From Octopus vulgaris (Eukaryota): a stretch of DNA of 64,000 bases. The notes below the pieces were generated by a model. It was not told the origin of the DNA and searched no databases. It saw only the letters and a program-made list of their open reading frames with translations. The DNA lies in assembly GCA_951406725.2 (NCBI GenBank), contig OX597816.1, positions 53,010,001 to 53,074,000 on the forward strand, given 5' to 3'. The stretch's first letter is position 1, and each line of letters starts with the position of its first letter. Positions 1 to 11,992 of the stretch are shown here, piece by piece. Both the position numbers and the translations under genes were made by a program.

Positions 1-212
1 AGACAGCTGGCAGAATCATTAGTATGCCAAGTAAAATGCTTAGCAGCCTTCCGTCCATCTTTACATTCTGGGTTTAAATACTGCCATGGTCGACTTTGCC
101 TTTCATCCTCTTGGGGTCAATAAATTAACTACTCAGTGAAGCACTGGGTGGGGGTCAACATAATTGACCAGTCCCCCCACAACCAAATTAGAGGCCTTGT
201 GTCTCCAGTAGA
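1..212 (+). mobile_element. tRNA-derived SINE family A (Nin/Deu-like core)
   Basis: AGCTGGCAGAA...GTTCAAAT head plus GACTTTGCCTTTCATCCT..GGGGTC core, shared with more than 15 copies in the window. Confidence 0.8.
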
Positions 213-232
213 AATCGTCGTCGTCGTCGTCG

Positions 233-445
233 AGGCCACTAGCTGGTAGAATCATTAGTACGCCAGGTAAAATGCTGAGCAGCCTTTCATCCATCTTTAC
301 ACTCTGAGTTCAAATTTTGTTTAGGCTCCCTTTGCCTTTTATCCTTTAGGGTTAATGAAATAAGTACCAGTTAAGTACTGGGGTCAATGTAATTGACTAT
401 ACCCTTCCCACAAATTTCAGGCCTTGTGCCTTTAATAGAAAGGAT
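233..445 (+). mobile_element. SINE family A, tandem copy
   Basis: Same head and core; (ATT)n tail. Confidence 0.8.
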
Positions 446-980
446 TATCATTATTATTATCTCTTTTTAAAAAGCACAATAGGAAATGAATTGGCAGAGT
501 CATTAGAGTGTTGGATAAAATACTCATTGTATATTTCTTTCAAACTTTCTATGTTCTGAGATCAAATCTCACCATGGTCAACTTCACTGTTTATTCTTTC
601 ATAATCAATAAAAGAATATCAATAAAGGTCAATGAATTGATAGAACTGCAAGAATGTCTTCTAGTAATTGTTCTAGCACTTTGTGATCTGAGTTCTGGGT
701 GGTAGACCTAATCTGTCACCCAATTTAACATCAGTGCCTACAGCCTGGGTGCTTTTAACAGAAAATTCTCTATTGCAAGCATTCAGACTAGGTATTTTAT
801 TTGGGAATAGCTTTCCCCATTCCAACCAATAATCTCAGAGGGTTATTAGCACTGTTTTTTCTTTTTTCTTTTGACTAAAAAGATTTTAAAAAACCATAAA
901 AATCGCATTGTACATGCTACCAGAAATTGAATCAAAGCTGTAAAATGAGTCCAGTAAGATTTTATACTGCCACACTTAAA

Positions 981-1097
981 AGTTACTTTTATAGAAAACA
1001 TTAACAAACATTATCTATTTAGTTACTTTTATAGAAAATATTAACAAAAGTTATCTAAGTTACTTTTATAGAAAATATTAACAAATGGTATCTATTA
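981..1097. repeat. ~40-bp tandem repeat x3
   Basis: AGTTACTTTTATAGAAAAYATTAACAAA..TATCTA repeated three times. Confidence 0.85.
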
Positions 1098-2140
1098 AGA
1101 CCCATCGGCAGTCTATTTTATTTTGAAGTTATTAGGATTCATGTACTGCAAAAATCTGATTTTTGTACAGACTTTACAATAAATCAATAATTTAAGTTTT
1201 AGAATGGTTTCATCAGTAATGCAAGTAAAACTTCACAGCATTTTAAATGTTCTGCATAAGACACTTTAATATTAGAAGAACAATCTAATATTGAAGTTTA
1301 ATTCACTTCTAAAAATTTGCTTTTTGGCTTCTTTTAATGGCAGACAGAATCAGAAAATAACAACTGTAGCTATTATCTAAACACATACAAGGAAGCTATG
1401 GAATAAAAAAGGATATATTCAAAAGACATTCTCATTAATTTAGCCATAAAATAAGATAATCTTTTAATGAAAATTTTTCTGAATAGGAAAGTTAAGAAGT
1501 TTATCTTGAAATTGGTTTCTTTTCATTTCTTTTCAATTTCTTTTTTTTTATCATTATGTACACAGGCATCATGATGGCAGAGATACACACAAAATTGATG
1601 AATTAATTCAGTAGTAAAATAAAGAATCAGATCCGAGTAGTAAGAATAAAGGCAAAGTTGCCAGGATGGAGGTGGTGATACTTCATATGTTGACTTTGTT
1701 CATGGTAAGGACTAATTCATCATCAAACACAAATTCTTGAAATAATGTAACTTCAAGTGAGACAAGATTAAGTGGAATTTTGTAGAGCCAAAGTAAACTT
1801 GGGATGCAGAAGGATATTGGACACAAATAAACTCGAAATATGTTCATGTAACACATTTTTATAAAAACATACAGTAAAAGCATTTAAGTGACATGATGTA
1901 AGTCCATGTGACATCTTTTCATTTAAACAGATATAGATGTAGACATTGCTGTGTGGTTAAAAAGATCACTTCTGAACTATATGGTTTATGGTTCACTTCT
2001 ACTGCATGGGCATTGTTAGCTAAGTCCTCTAGCTAGTAGAGGATTTAGCTAACATTTGTTCTGAGCTCAAGTTAATGAATACCTTGTGGATATAGCTGGT
2101 AGTAAGAAACTGAAAGAAGCTCATTATATATGCATGTGTG

Positions 2141-2430
2141 TGGAGGCACATGGCCTAGAGCAGCGGATTTGCGGTTGAGGGATCGTGGGTTCAAATCTAA
2201 GACTGGGTGATGTGTGTGTTTATAAGTGAAACACCTAAGCTCCATGCGGCTCCAGCAGAAGGTAATGGCGAACTTCTGCTGACTCTTTCGCCACAACTTT
2301 CTCTCACTCTTTCCTCTTGCATCTTGCAGCTCACCTGCAACAGACCGGCATCCCATCCAGGTGGGGAACCAATACACCAAGGAAACCAGGAAACCGGTGC
2401 TAATGAGCCAGGCATGGTTCGAGAAGGAAC
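2141..2430 (+). mobile_element. tRNA-derived SINE family C
   Basis: TGGAGGC..TGGCC head; ACAACTTTCTCTCACTCTTTC block shared with 13717-14015. Confidence 0.7.
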
Positions 2431-3017
2431 AAATGTGGAGGTGATTGACTGTATATCTCCTGTCTTAACACGTGCACACTGACTGTAAACAAAGTACTGC
2501 TTTTCATACAAATAATGTCAGTTGTTACAAATCTCTGAAACAGCATGTGCAGGTTGTTCAGTGTTTGACAGACTAAGGAAAATACTACCATGCTTGTACT
2601 TATTCCATAGGACTTCTTTGCTGAACCACTAGGTTGTGGATTTGTAAACAAACCAACACCGGTTGTCAAACGGTGGTGAGGGGACAAACAAAAACACAAA
2701 GACACAAACACGCACAAATATATTCATATATATATATATATATATACGTGTACAACAGGCTTCTTTCCGTTTCCATCCAACAAATCCACTTGCAACACTT
2801 TGGTCAACCTGCCATGGGACTGAACCCAAACCCATGTGGCTGGGAAGCAAACTTCTTAGCATACACTCACGTCTGCACTTTTTATAAAGCCAGTGTAAGT
2901 TATAAGAAATCATGTAAAGCTAAGTGAATAAAATAATACTGCAAAATTCCCCTTTCTTTGGGGTAACCCCTCATATGTCAATCACCACAGTTGTTGGAGT
3001 AAGGGGAATGTATGTAT

Positions 3018-5258
3018 AATAATAATAATAATAATAATAATAATTGTGTACAGTGCTCAGGTGCACTACAACTCATCTAAAGTGTATATATAATCAGGTG
3101 TAGTTTCGGCGGATTTCGGAAAGCATGAGGGCCTTAAAAGATGCAGTGTCATGGCAGTCAACAACTGACGCAGGCAGTTTATTCCATGCTTCAGCAACTC
3201 TGAGCGTGAAAAAATGTTTACGAAAGTCATGGGAGCTGTATTGTTTTCTGACTTTGTAGGCATGTCCACGTGTGTTAGACACATGGAGATCAAAAAGGTG
3301 TTCAGTGTTGTTGTTGGTGAGGTGGTTGATAACTTTGTGGGTGTTTACCAAGTCCGTCGCCAAACGCCGGAGCTTCAGTGAATCCATGCCCAGGGAAACA
3401 AGGCGCTCAGAATATGGTAGGTGTCTGATGGAGGGTATGCGTTTGGTTGCACGTCTCTGGACAGATTCCAGGAGGTCAATGTTCTGTGCAAGATAGGGGT
3501 TCCAAACTGATGATGCGAATTCCAAGTGTGGTCGTACCATAGCTGTATACAGTTTTAAATAGATGGCTGGAGAGCGGCTAACAAAAGACCTGCTGAGTGA
3601 TGCCAAGACACCCTCGGCCTTCCTGACAATCTTAGAGATATGCTTTGACCAACGCAAATCACTGCTGACAGTGATGCCTAGGTCACGCTCACAAGAGGAT
3701 TTCTTGATATCAGTGTTGTGGAGGGAGTATGTGAACGCAGGGTTTTTTCTCCCAAAATGCATGGTGGTACACTTGTCCACAGCCAGTTTCAGTTGCCAGT
3801 CTGTGATCCATTGCTGCATTGTGTCTAGGTCTGATTGCAGGAAAGAGTTGTAGACATCAGGATCTGTCCTCTTGATTTCAAGGTACAGCTTGATGTCTGC
3901 ATATTTCAATACTGTGGCATTCTTTAAATTGGCATCTATGTCGTTAATGTATGCCACAAACAAGAGGGGACCAAGGACAGATCCCTGTGGTACACCCGAT
4001 GACATCTCATATGGTGTAGAGTGCTGTCCTAGAACTGTGACTACCTCCTTTCGGCTGAGGATGAAGGATTTCAACCAGTTAAAAAGGTCATCCCCCACAC
4101 CCATTGCAGAGAGTTTCACCATAAGCCTTTTGAGTGGCACAGAGTTGAAAGCCTTAGCAAAGTCAAGGTAGACAACATCCACCCATGAGCCACTGTCAGT
4201 AATCTGAGTAATGTCCTCAAGGAACTCGACAAGCTGGTCACTGCAGCTGGAGTTAGGGACAAATCCATATTGTGAGGGTCGGATGAGACTGTGAGAGCTC
4301 CAGAAGTTCCAGAGTGTTTCTCTGACACACGATTCCATCAGTTTTGCAATACAGCTAGTGAGACTGACTGGGCGATAGTTGACAGGTGATGTGCGGTCGG
4401 CCTTTTTGAACAGAGGAATGACACTGGCAGTTTTCCACTGCTCCGGAGTAGCACCATTGTTGAGACAGTACTGGAAGAAAATAGAAAGCTGGTGTAAAAG
4501 GAAGTGCCTGCCACGTTTGAGAAGCAGGTATGTAACTCCATCGAGACCAGGGGAGGCATAGTTGCGCTTATTTTGAAGGTGACGTCGCAGCATTGCAGGT
4601 GTAAATTCCATAGTTGTTATGGAGTTTGCTGTTAGTGATGGTGAAGATGGTACATTTTGACTTTCAACAGTGAATATGTTTGCATAGCACTCGGCAATGA
4701 GTTCTGCGCATTCCTTGGGGTCGTCAGTGATCTGGTTTGTGTGAGGGTTGCGAAGAGGGCCCACTGGAGAGTGAGGTCTCTGCTTTGAGTGCACATATTT
4801 CCAGAAAACCTTGCTGTCAGGATTGGCTGCTATGCACTGTTCAAATTCAAGCACTGCTTTTTTTGTCACCTGCTTGAGATGATTGGAGGATTTATTCCGC
4901 TTCTTCCTGTTGGTGTCTGATTTATGCAACCTGTATTCCCGTTCAGCAGTCCGACGTTCCCTCCTGGCAAGTCGGACCGCTGAAGTTTCCCAAATTGCCC
5001 TTTTGGGGCGGTTCTTCTTTTTTTGTTTACGTGGCACTGATGCTGCACATGCTGCCCATATTGAGTCCAGGATACTCTGGAGTATAGTATTCACATCTCC
5101 AGAGTTGTAGAATTCACGCCAGTTTGGGTGCTGTAGTTCAGTGTGGTACAGGTTCCAATCTGCTCTCTTCCAATCGAAGGAAGCAGATTGGAGATGGTTC
5201 AGGTTTTTGTTGCTCGCAAGAGCCAGATTGGCGATGATCATAGCATGATCAGAGTCAC
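3018..5258 (-). mobile_element. 5'-truncated CR1/L2-superclade LINE with (TTA)n tail
   Basis: RT ORF, short 3'UTR and (TTA)n tail at 3018-3044; truncated at the APE C-terminal SDH motif. Confidence 0.92.
3094..5258 (-). CDS. LINE ORF2 reverse transcriptase (APE lost; catalytic YADD reduced to YAD)
   Basis: Motifs SPGLDG, NYRPVSLTS, QYGF, YLDFAKAF, GVPQGSVLGPLLF, YAD-IKL, DLGI, VRPHLEF, LESVQRRATK, TRGH..K, FFTLRVAEAWNKLP. The supplied start at 5277 lies in microsatellite flank. Confidence 0.92.
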
Positions 5259-5308
5259 TATGTATACACATACACATGTGTGTATTTATATATATATATA
5301 TATATATA

Positions 5309-5630
5309 TGAAGGTGTGTAGCTTAGTGTTTAGGGCATTCGGCTCATTATCATAGGGTAGTGAGTTCAATTCCCGGTGATGCATTGTGTCCTTGAGCAAG
5401 ACACTCTATTTCCCATTGCTCCAGTCCAATCAGCTGGCAAAAATGAGTAGTAACTGTATTTCAAAGGGCCAGCCTTGTCACACACTGTATCACACTAAAT
5501 CTCCCCGAGAACTACATTATGGGTACACATGTCTGTAGAGTGCTCAGCCACTTACACGTTGATTTCACGAGCAAGCTGTTCCGTTGATCGTATCAGCTGG
5601 GACCCTCGTCATCGTAACCGACGGAGTGCT

Positions 5631-5632
<2 letters not shown>
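5309..5632 (+). mobile_element. tRNA-derived SINE family D
   Basis: A/B-box-like head plus GTGTCCTTGAGCAAGACACT core shared with copies at 18712, 37757, 39762, 56090. Confidence 0.75.
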
Positions 5633-5676
<44 letters not shown>

Positions 5677-5677
<1 letters not shown>

Positions 5678-5842
5678 CGGGAAGGTTTACAAAAATAAAC
5701 AAAAGACGAAGGCAGGTGCAGTACAAACAAACAAACATATTAGTATAGCGCTCAGGAATAGAAATAGAACAAGTCTTTTACGTTTCGAGCCTACGCTCTT
5801 CGACAGAAAGATACACAGAAAAAAACAAAGAGAAAAAAATGC

Positions 5843-5843
<1 letters not shown>
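5677..5843 (-). mobile_element. Hammerhead-bearing short element (family H2) inserted in (TA)n
   Basis: (TA)n on both sides; homologs at 8190-8341, 47141-47265, 48585-48727. Confidence 0.75.
5774..5811 (-). ncRNA. Minimal type I hammerhead ribozyme, variant core CUGUCGA
   Basis: UCUUU-CUGUCGA-A-GAGC(GUAG)GCUC-GAAA-CG-UA-AAAGA; stems I and II pair perfectly. Confidence 0.65.
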
Positions 5844-5887
<44 letters not shown>

Positions 5888-6522
5888 CACACACACAGAG
5901 AATAGTGACGGTGCATGGTTAATGATAAAGTGTTGATTCACAATCATAAGACCATAGGTTTGATTCATGGACTGGGTGATGCAATGTGTCCAAGTGATAG
6001 AAAATCAGAGTTATGCAAGACACTTCATTTAATGTTGTTTCTGTATATGAGGCTGAAATATGTAAGAGCCAGATACACTCATTGCAGCTCTCTCTTTCCA
6101 GCTGTTATATTCTGGATGCTTTGCTGGGTGAAGAGTGGAAGGGCTAGGAGCATTTTTATGTCTACTACCTGCTCCCAACTACATAGGTGCCTAAAACAAT
6201 TAACCAGTAAGTAGAGCATCAGACAGAAAAGGACTTGCAGTATTTAGTTATGACCCTTAACCATGTAAGTTCAAATCTTGCCTAGACCTGCCTTGCTTTT
6301 CAATCTTTCATGCATGATAAAATAATTTACATGAGTATATAATTAGCTACCAACCAGCATATCCATGATCCAGTAACTGAAACCTTCAGAAGAATAAAAA
6401 ACAAAAGAATATTCAAACACATTTCCATAATGACAGCCAGTTTATGCTGGAATCTACAGTAGTCTCTATGTTAACGTTTCTTAGATGGCATTAGATGTAA
6501 TGTCTCTGATTTTTCTTGGACA

Positions 6523-6674
6523 CTAATATAGTTCTTTGTCTATAATGGAAAGTTGGTCTTGTAGTCTGATGTAATTTCCATTTCTACACAATCCTTGTTC
6601 TGCCTTTAATGCTGTTTTTGCTTCTCTTTTGATTACATCTTTCTGATGCTCTCCTGTACTGAACTTAATGAGAA
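6523..6674 (-). CDS. Candidate terminal coding exon of an unidentified host gene
   Basis: Pyrimidine tract + CAG acceptor, then open frame LIKFSTGEHQKDVIKREAKTALKAEQGLCRNGNYIRLQDQLSIIDKELY*; no recognised homology. Confidence 0.3.
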
Positions 6675-7513
6675 CTGTAGCCATAGAAAACAGAAAAACA
6701 GAAGTAGGAGTTAATAGTGCAGAAAACCCAAACTAGTCAAGCAAAATCTAATTTCAAATGTATACATGTGTATTTACGACGTTGAGAATGACTTAGCAGT
6801 TTGTATTTTTCTTTTTATCCAATACATTTTATCATTTCATTTTATCTCCTGGTGCAGACAAATGGTGTTAAAACCAGTAAGGTAAGACCCAACTCTTTAG
6901 TCTTTTATATAACTTTTTCTGTGAAAATTAATGAATTAGAGATTATGGTTCTTTGTAGTTTAGGAATTATAGCCTGATTAAGAATTCTACTCAAATACTT
7001 GTCCAGTATTTTTTTGCTTTCAATTTTTTTTTTGTGCATGGAAATGATCAATACAATTGTCTCTGAGGTGCTTTGGCAGCTTACAATAAAGTTTGACTTC
7101 AGTGGATGTGATCAATATTATCAATGCTGAGATTCTTTGATAGCACAGTGTAAACTCTGATTTTTATTTTACACTGCATCAGTAGTTTGGTAGGTTAAAT
7201 ACACACACACACACACACACATATATATCTACAAACTCACACTCACATACATATACGCACTTAGAGTTAGCAAGTAAATTAATGGAAATTTAGGGAGAAA
7301 GAAAGAAATAACTTTCTAAATAGAGAATTTAATAGCTATATCTCTTCCTAGAAAGTTATGGAGGGTTGGTATGTATAATCCTTAATACTTCTAAAATACC
7401 TACACCAACTCTTTACCACTAACTGTTCTCAAATTAAAATAACTAGAAGTTAAAGACAGTTTCTTACAAAGGAATTTTACAATGGTTTTAGTATTATCCT
7501 CTTTCTTTAATAC

Positions 7514-7910
7514 TCTTTACTCTTTTACTTGTTTCAGTCATTTGACTGTGGCCATGCTGGAGCACCGCCTTTAGTCGAACAAATCGACCCCAGGACTTAT
7601 TCTTTGTAAACCTAGTGCTTATTCTATCGGGCTTTTTTGCCAAACTGCTAGGTTACGGGGACTTAAACACACCAGCATCAGTTGTCAAATGATGTGGAGG
7701 AACAAACAGACACACACACACACATATATATATATATACATATATATATATGACAGGCTTCTTTTAGTTTCCATCTACCACATCCACTCACAAGGCTTTG
7801 GTCGGCCCGAGGCAATAGTAGAAGACACTTGCCCAAGGTGCCACGCAGTGGGACTGAACCCGGAAACATGTGGTTCGTAAGCAAGCTACTTACCACACAG
7901 CCACTCCTAC
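7514..7910 (-). mobile_element. SINE family B (internal TA/TG tract)
   Basis: Reverse complement of the 34318-34750 sequence. Confidence 0.85.
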
Positions 7911-8278
7911 AATGTAAATTTTTTTTTAGAAAAATCTATTTGATTTATAGGTACAGTCATAGCTGCGCAGTTAAGAAGCCTGTCTTACAACCATAAAGTT
8001 TTGGAATTTAGTCCCACTGTGCAACACTTCAGGCAAGTATCTTATTCTATAGTTCTAGACAACTAATGCCTTATGAGTAAATTCAGTAGACAGAAACTGT
8101 ATGGAAGTCCATTGTATGTGGTGTGTGTGTATGTGTACGTAAGTATGTATGTATTTATGTGTGTGTGTGTGTGTGTGTATATATGTATAGGGAGAGTTTA
8201 TGATAAAAACAAAAGACGAAGACAGGTGGTGTACAAAACAAACAGATGTATTAGTATAATGCTCAGGAATAGAAAAAG

Positions 8279-8316
8279 TCTTTTACATTTCGAGCCTACA
8301 CTCTTCTACAGAAAGG
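8279..8316 (-). ncRNA. Minimal hammerhead, family H2, core CUGUAGA
   Basis: CUUU-CUGUAGA-A-GAGU(GUAG)GCUC-GAAA-UG-UA-AAAG within the element at 8190-8341. Confidence 0.55.
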
Positions 8317-9269
8317 GACACAGAAAAAAACAAGGAGAGAATATATATATATGGGGAGATGTGTATGTGTTTTGTGATTGTTTCCTCCCTACTCACTTGA
8401 CAACTGGTGTTGGTTTGTTTATGTCACTGTAAATTAGCAGTTTGGCCAAAGTGGCCCACTGAATAATTACCAGGTTTAAAAAATAAATACTGGGATCATT
8501 TTGTTCAACTAAACCCTTCAAGACAGTGCTCCAGCTTGACCACAGTCCAGTAACTGAAACAAGTAAAAGTTAAATGATAAAAAATATTCATCAACTTATC
8601 TTGACATTCCTTTTAATCTTATAGTCAGGAGAGAAGGCCACATCCATACACTTTTACAGAGTTTCTCAGACTGGAAATGAGAAGGGTGGATGATATTCTC
8701 AAATCTGAGACTTGGGCCAAAATGCTTACAGGAGAGAAAACTCTGTTAAAGACACCAAAGATGCCAGAAGGCAATGTTAATTTGGGTGACAGATTAAGTC
8801 TGCCACACAAGTAGACCACAGTGGAATTTGGACTCAGACTGCATAGGACTGAAACATATACCACAAGGTATCTGATTTGATGTTCTTACAGTCTTACCAA
8901 TCCACCATGCTGGATTGGTATATTTAAAGAGATAAGAATGACTGGTAAAACAGATCACAAAAGGATTTGAATTCAGAGTACAGAAAGCCAGAAAAATATC
9001 ACCAGGCATTCAATCCACCATTTTAGTTAATGTACGATCAAAACGCCCCCCCCCCCATCCAGTCTAATGGATGGTGCTGAGTTGTCAAACATTTAAACCA
9101 AATTTTCTCAAAACAACTTGTCCAAGAGTTCCATAGGCCTTCCCTTTGAGAAACACTGATTTAACCTAAATTTGAGACACCAGCAAAAGAAGAAATAAAG
9201 ATAGACTTTTTTCTATTCCAAAGAAAAACGATTTTATTCACACAAATAGGCAACTAAGAGTTTAAAGTA

Positions 9270-9520
9270 CCAGTAATGATAAGGCTGTTGACTGGGAGTG
9301 CATCGCAACAGGTGATGTACTTGCACGTACAAATGCACGTTCCCACGGCCTTATCGATTGCATTCTCACCTGGAATCGATTTTTGCAATTTTTTCAAGAC
9401 TTATACACGCCCTGATACCGTCGGTATCTACATACCAAATTTGAGTGCAATCGGATGGAGGATGCCCGAGATCCAAGAAGACACACAGACAGACAGACAG
9501 AACAGATTTTATATAATAGA
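9270..9520 (-). mobile_element. Non-autonomous Helitron
   Basis: Minus strand reads A|TCTATTATATAAAA...(CTGT)n...CTGG|T: 5' TC, 3' CTRR, A|T insertion site. Confidence 0.65.
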
Positions 9521-9907
9521 TATGGCCCACAATGTAAGCTCCAATGTATTCTTCATTATAAGAACTCTGAAATAATGATTCCCACTGCTCAATTCAGGAA
9601 GCCTTACAGCTCTTTCTATTCATAACAGAATCTTGTGTACAATGTATAAGAATGATAGAATTAGGAAAGAGTTTGTGTCAGGTATACAGAACAGTTTGTC
9701 CTAACAATCAATGATAGCTCATAACTATTATTGTGAAGTATTTATTCATTTTATTTTGACTAATTCTGAATACAGGTTTTCAGAATTCTCTCTTTATAGT
9801 CAAATCTCCTGCATGACCCTGCAGCAAACAATTTGCATCTAAAGTAAATGAAACTTAAGATGTACAGAAATGCATTAATTTGGCTTATATTTATAAAGAG
9901 CTATTAA

Positions 9908-10052
9908 CAATATATATATGTGTGTGTACACACACACACTTATATATACATACATGTATCAGTATAAAAACACACACACATATATATTTATATATGTATA
10001 TATATACATAGATATAGGTATAGATATATAATACATATATGTGTATATATAT

Positions 10053-10104
<52 letters not shown>

Positions 10105-10505
10105 CTGTATACAAACACACACATACATACATATTTATATATGGTATAGATATATAATACATATATGTGAATATATACACACACATATATATACATACAT
10201 ACATGCACACAAACACACACATATATACATACATGTATCTGTATACAAACACACACACATATATATTTAAATATGCATATATACATATAGATATAGGTAT
10301 AGATATATAATACATATATGTATTACACACAAATACTGATTTTAGCCAAAAGTCATATGTATGATTATATATACATACATACATGCACACAAACTCACAC
10401 ACACACATATATATATATATACTTATATGTACATGTGTATGTATACATACATACAGATATATGTATGTAAGTATGTATGTATGTACATATACACACACAT
10501 ATATA
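9908..10505. repeat. Compound TA/CA microsatellite with higher-order repetition
   Basis: Recurrent GGTATAGATATATAATACATATATG and ACATGTATCTGTATACAAAC landmarks. Confidence 0.85.
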
Positions 10506-11461
10506 TCTTTTGATAATACACTACTTACTAAACTATATTCAATTTAGACTATCACACTTCATTTTCTAAGTTCAACTCACAGCAAATTTCAGCTTTGAAT
10601 CATCAAGTTACACGCCATATTACTTCAGAAGCAATCACGTATGTCTCTCATCCTTCTAAATACAGCCTTTTGTTTGAAAAACAGAAATAATTTTTCGCTC
10701 CAAGATATAAAACTACATCAATTATCTATTACCATTAGAAGTAAAGTGAAAATGAAAACTTTTTGTTTTTATTCAATTTTATTGTACTTTATTTATCTTT
10801 ACAGTTAGGCGTAATACAATAGATTCTACAGAGAAGGTGGTGGCAGTTACAGACTCGTGTGATATTAATGTTTCCTATGAATCTCAAGAGTATTATTAGT
10901 GGTTTAAACGAAATGAAGTAGTTTGAACCAGACTCACTCACTGGAAATTGCTTGTATTTTGCATTATGGTGCTAGTGCAATGGACAACTAATTACACAGA
11001 AATAAAACATTAAAACCATTAGTTAATGAAAAATGAATGCATTTTTTAATATACTTGACTAATGTTAGATTTAGATGTTGAATTTTTGGTCCAGGTATAT
11101 ATACATATATACACACACACACACAAACACATATACATATATATACATATATATATGTATGTATATTTGGTCTGGGTATATATCATCATCATCATCATCA
11201 TCATCATCATCGTTTATATATACATAAATATATAGATAGATATAGGTACAGATATATAATATATATATGTATTACATACAAATACTGATTTTAGCCAAAA
11301 GTTATATGTATATATATATACATACATACATGCACACATATATATATACTTATATGTGCATGTGTGTGTATGTGTATACATACATACAGATATATGTATG
11401 TACATATACACACACACATATATCTTTTGAAAATACACTACTTACTTAACTATATTCAATT

Positions 11462-11496
<35 letters not shown>

Positions 11497-11652
11497 TTAG
11501 ATAGATAAATAGATAGATAGATAGATAGATAGGTATTATTCTAAATAGCAGTAGTAGTAAAGTAAGGAAGGAGGTGGCGGGGAGAGAGAGAGAGAGAGAG
11601 AAATAGATAGGTAGATAGATAGATAGGTATGTAGATAGATAGATAGGTAGAT

Positions 11653-11685
<33 letters not shown>

Positions 11686-11814
11686 CTACATGCATATGCA
11701 CACACACACACACACATGCATGACAGAAATAAATAGACACCTTTATAATCATTAAAATGTATTTAAATCTGAAAGTATACATTCAACTTATTTATTAATT
11801 GATGTAATGTGAAT

Positions 11815-11992
11815 ATTTAATATTAGTAGACATGCCCTTTGCATTTTCCAATGCACAGACTCTATTAAGCATGTTACTGATCAGATGGCGAATATTCTCT
11901 CGCGGAATTTCATGCCAAGCTTCATGCAGTAATCTCAAAAGATCTGGCATTGAAGATGCTTTCTTGTTTTTTTTATGAAGTGTCCTGTCCAT
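11815..11992 (-). pseudogene. Tc1-type transposase C-terminal fragment
   Basis: LLRLLHEAWHEIPRENIRHLISNMLNRVCALENAKGMST matches the Tc1 C-terminal W..IP...I..LI.SM..R..A...AKG pattern. Confidence 0.75.

Noticed and set aside
3272-5110. Plus-strand and alternate-frame ORFs over the LINE
   Set aside because: Shadow ORFs of the RT frame.
9891-10498. Long ORFs rich in YI/CV/HT (also at 22.9, 25.0, 30.8, 39.3 and 63.4 kb)
   Set aside because: Translations of TA/CA/TATG/ATT/GAT microsatellites; not genes.
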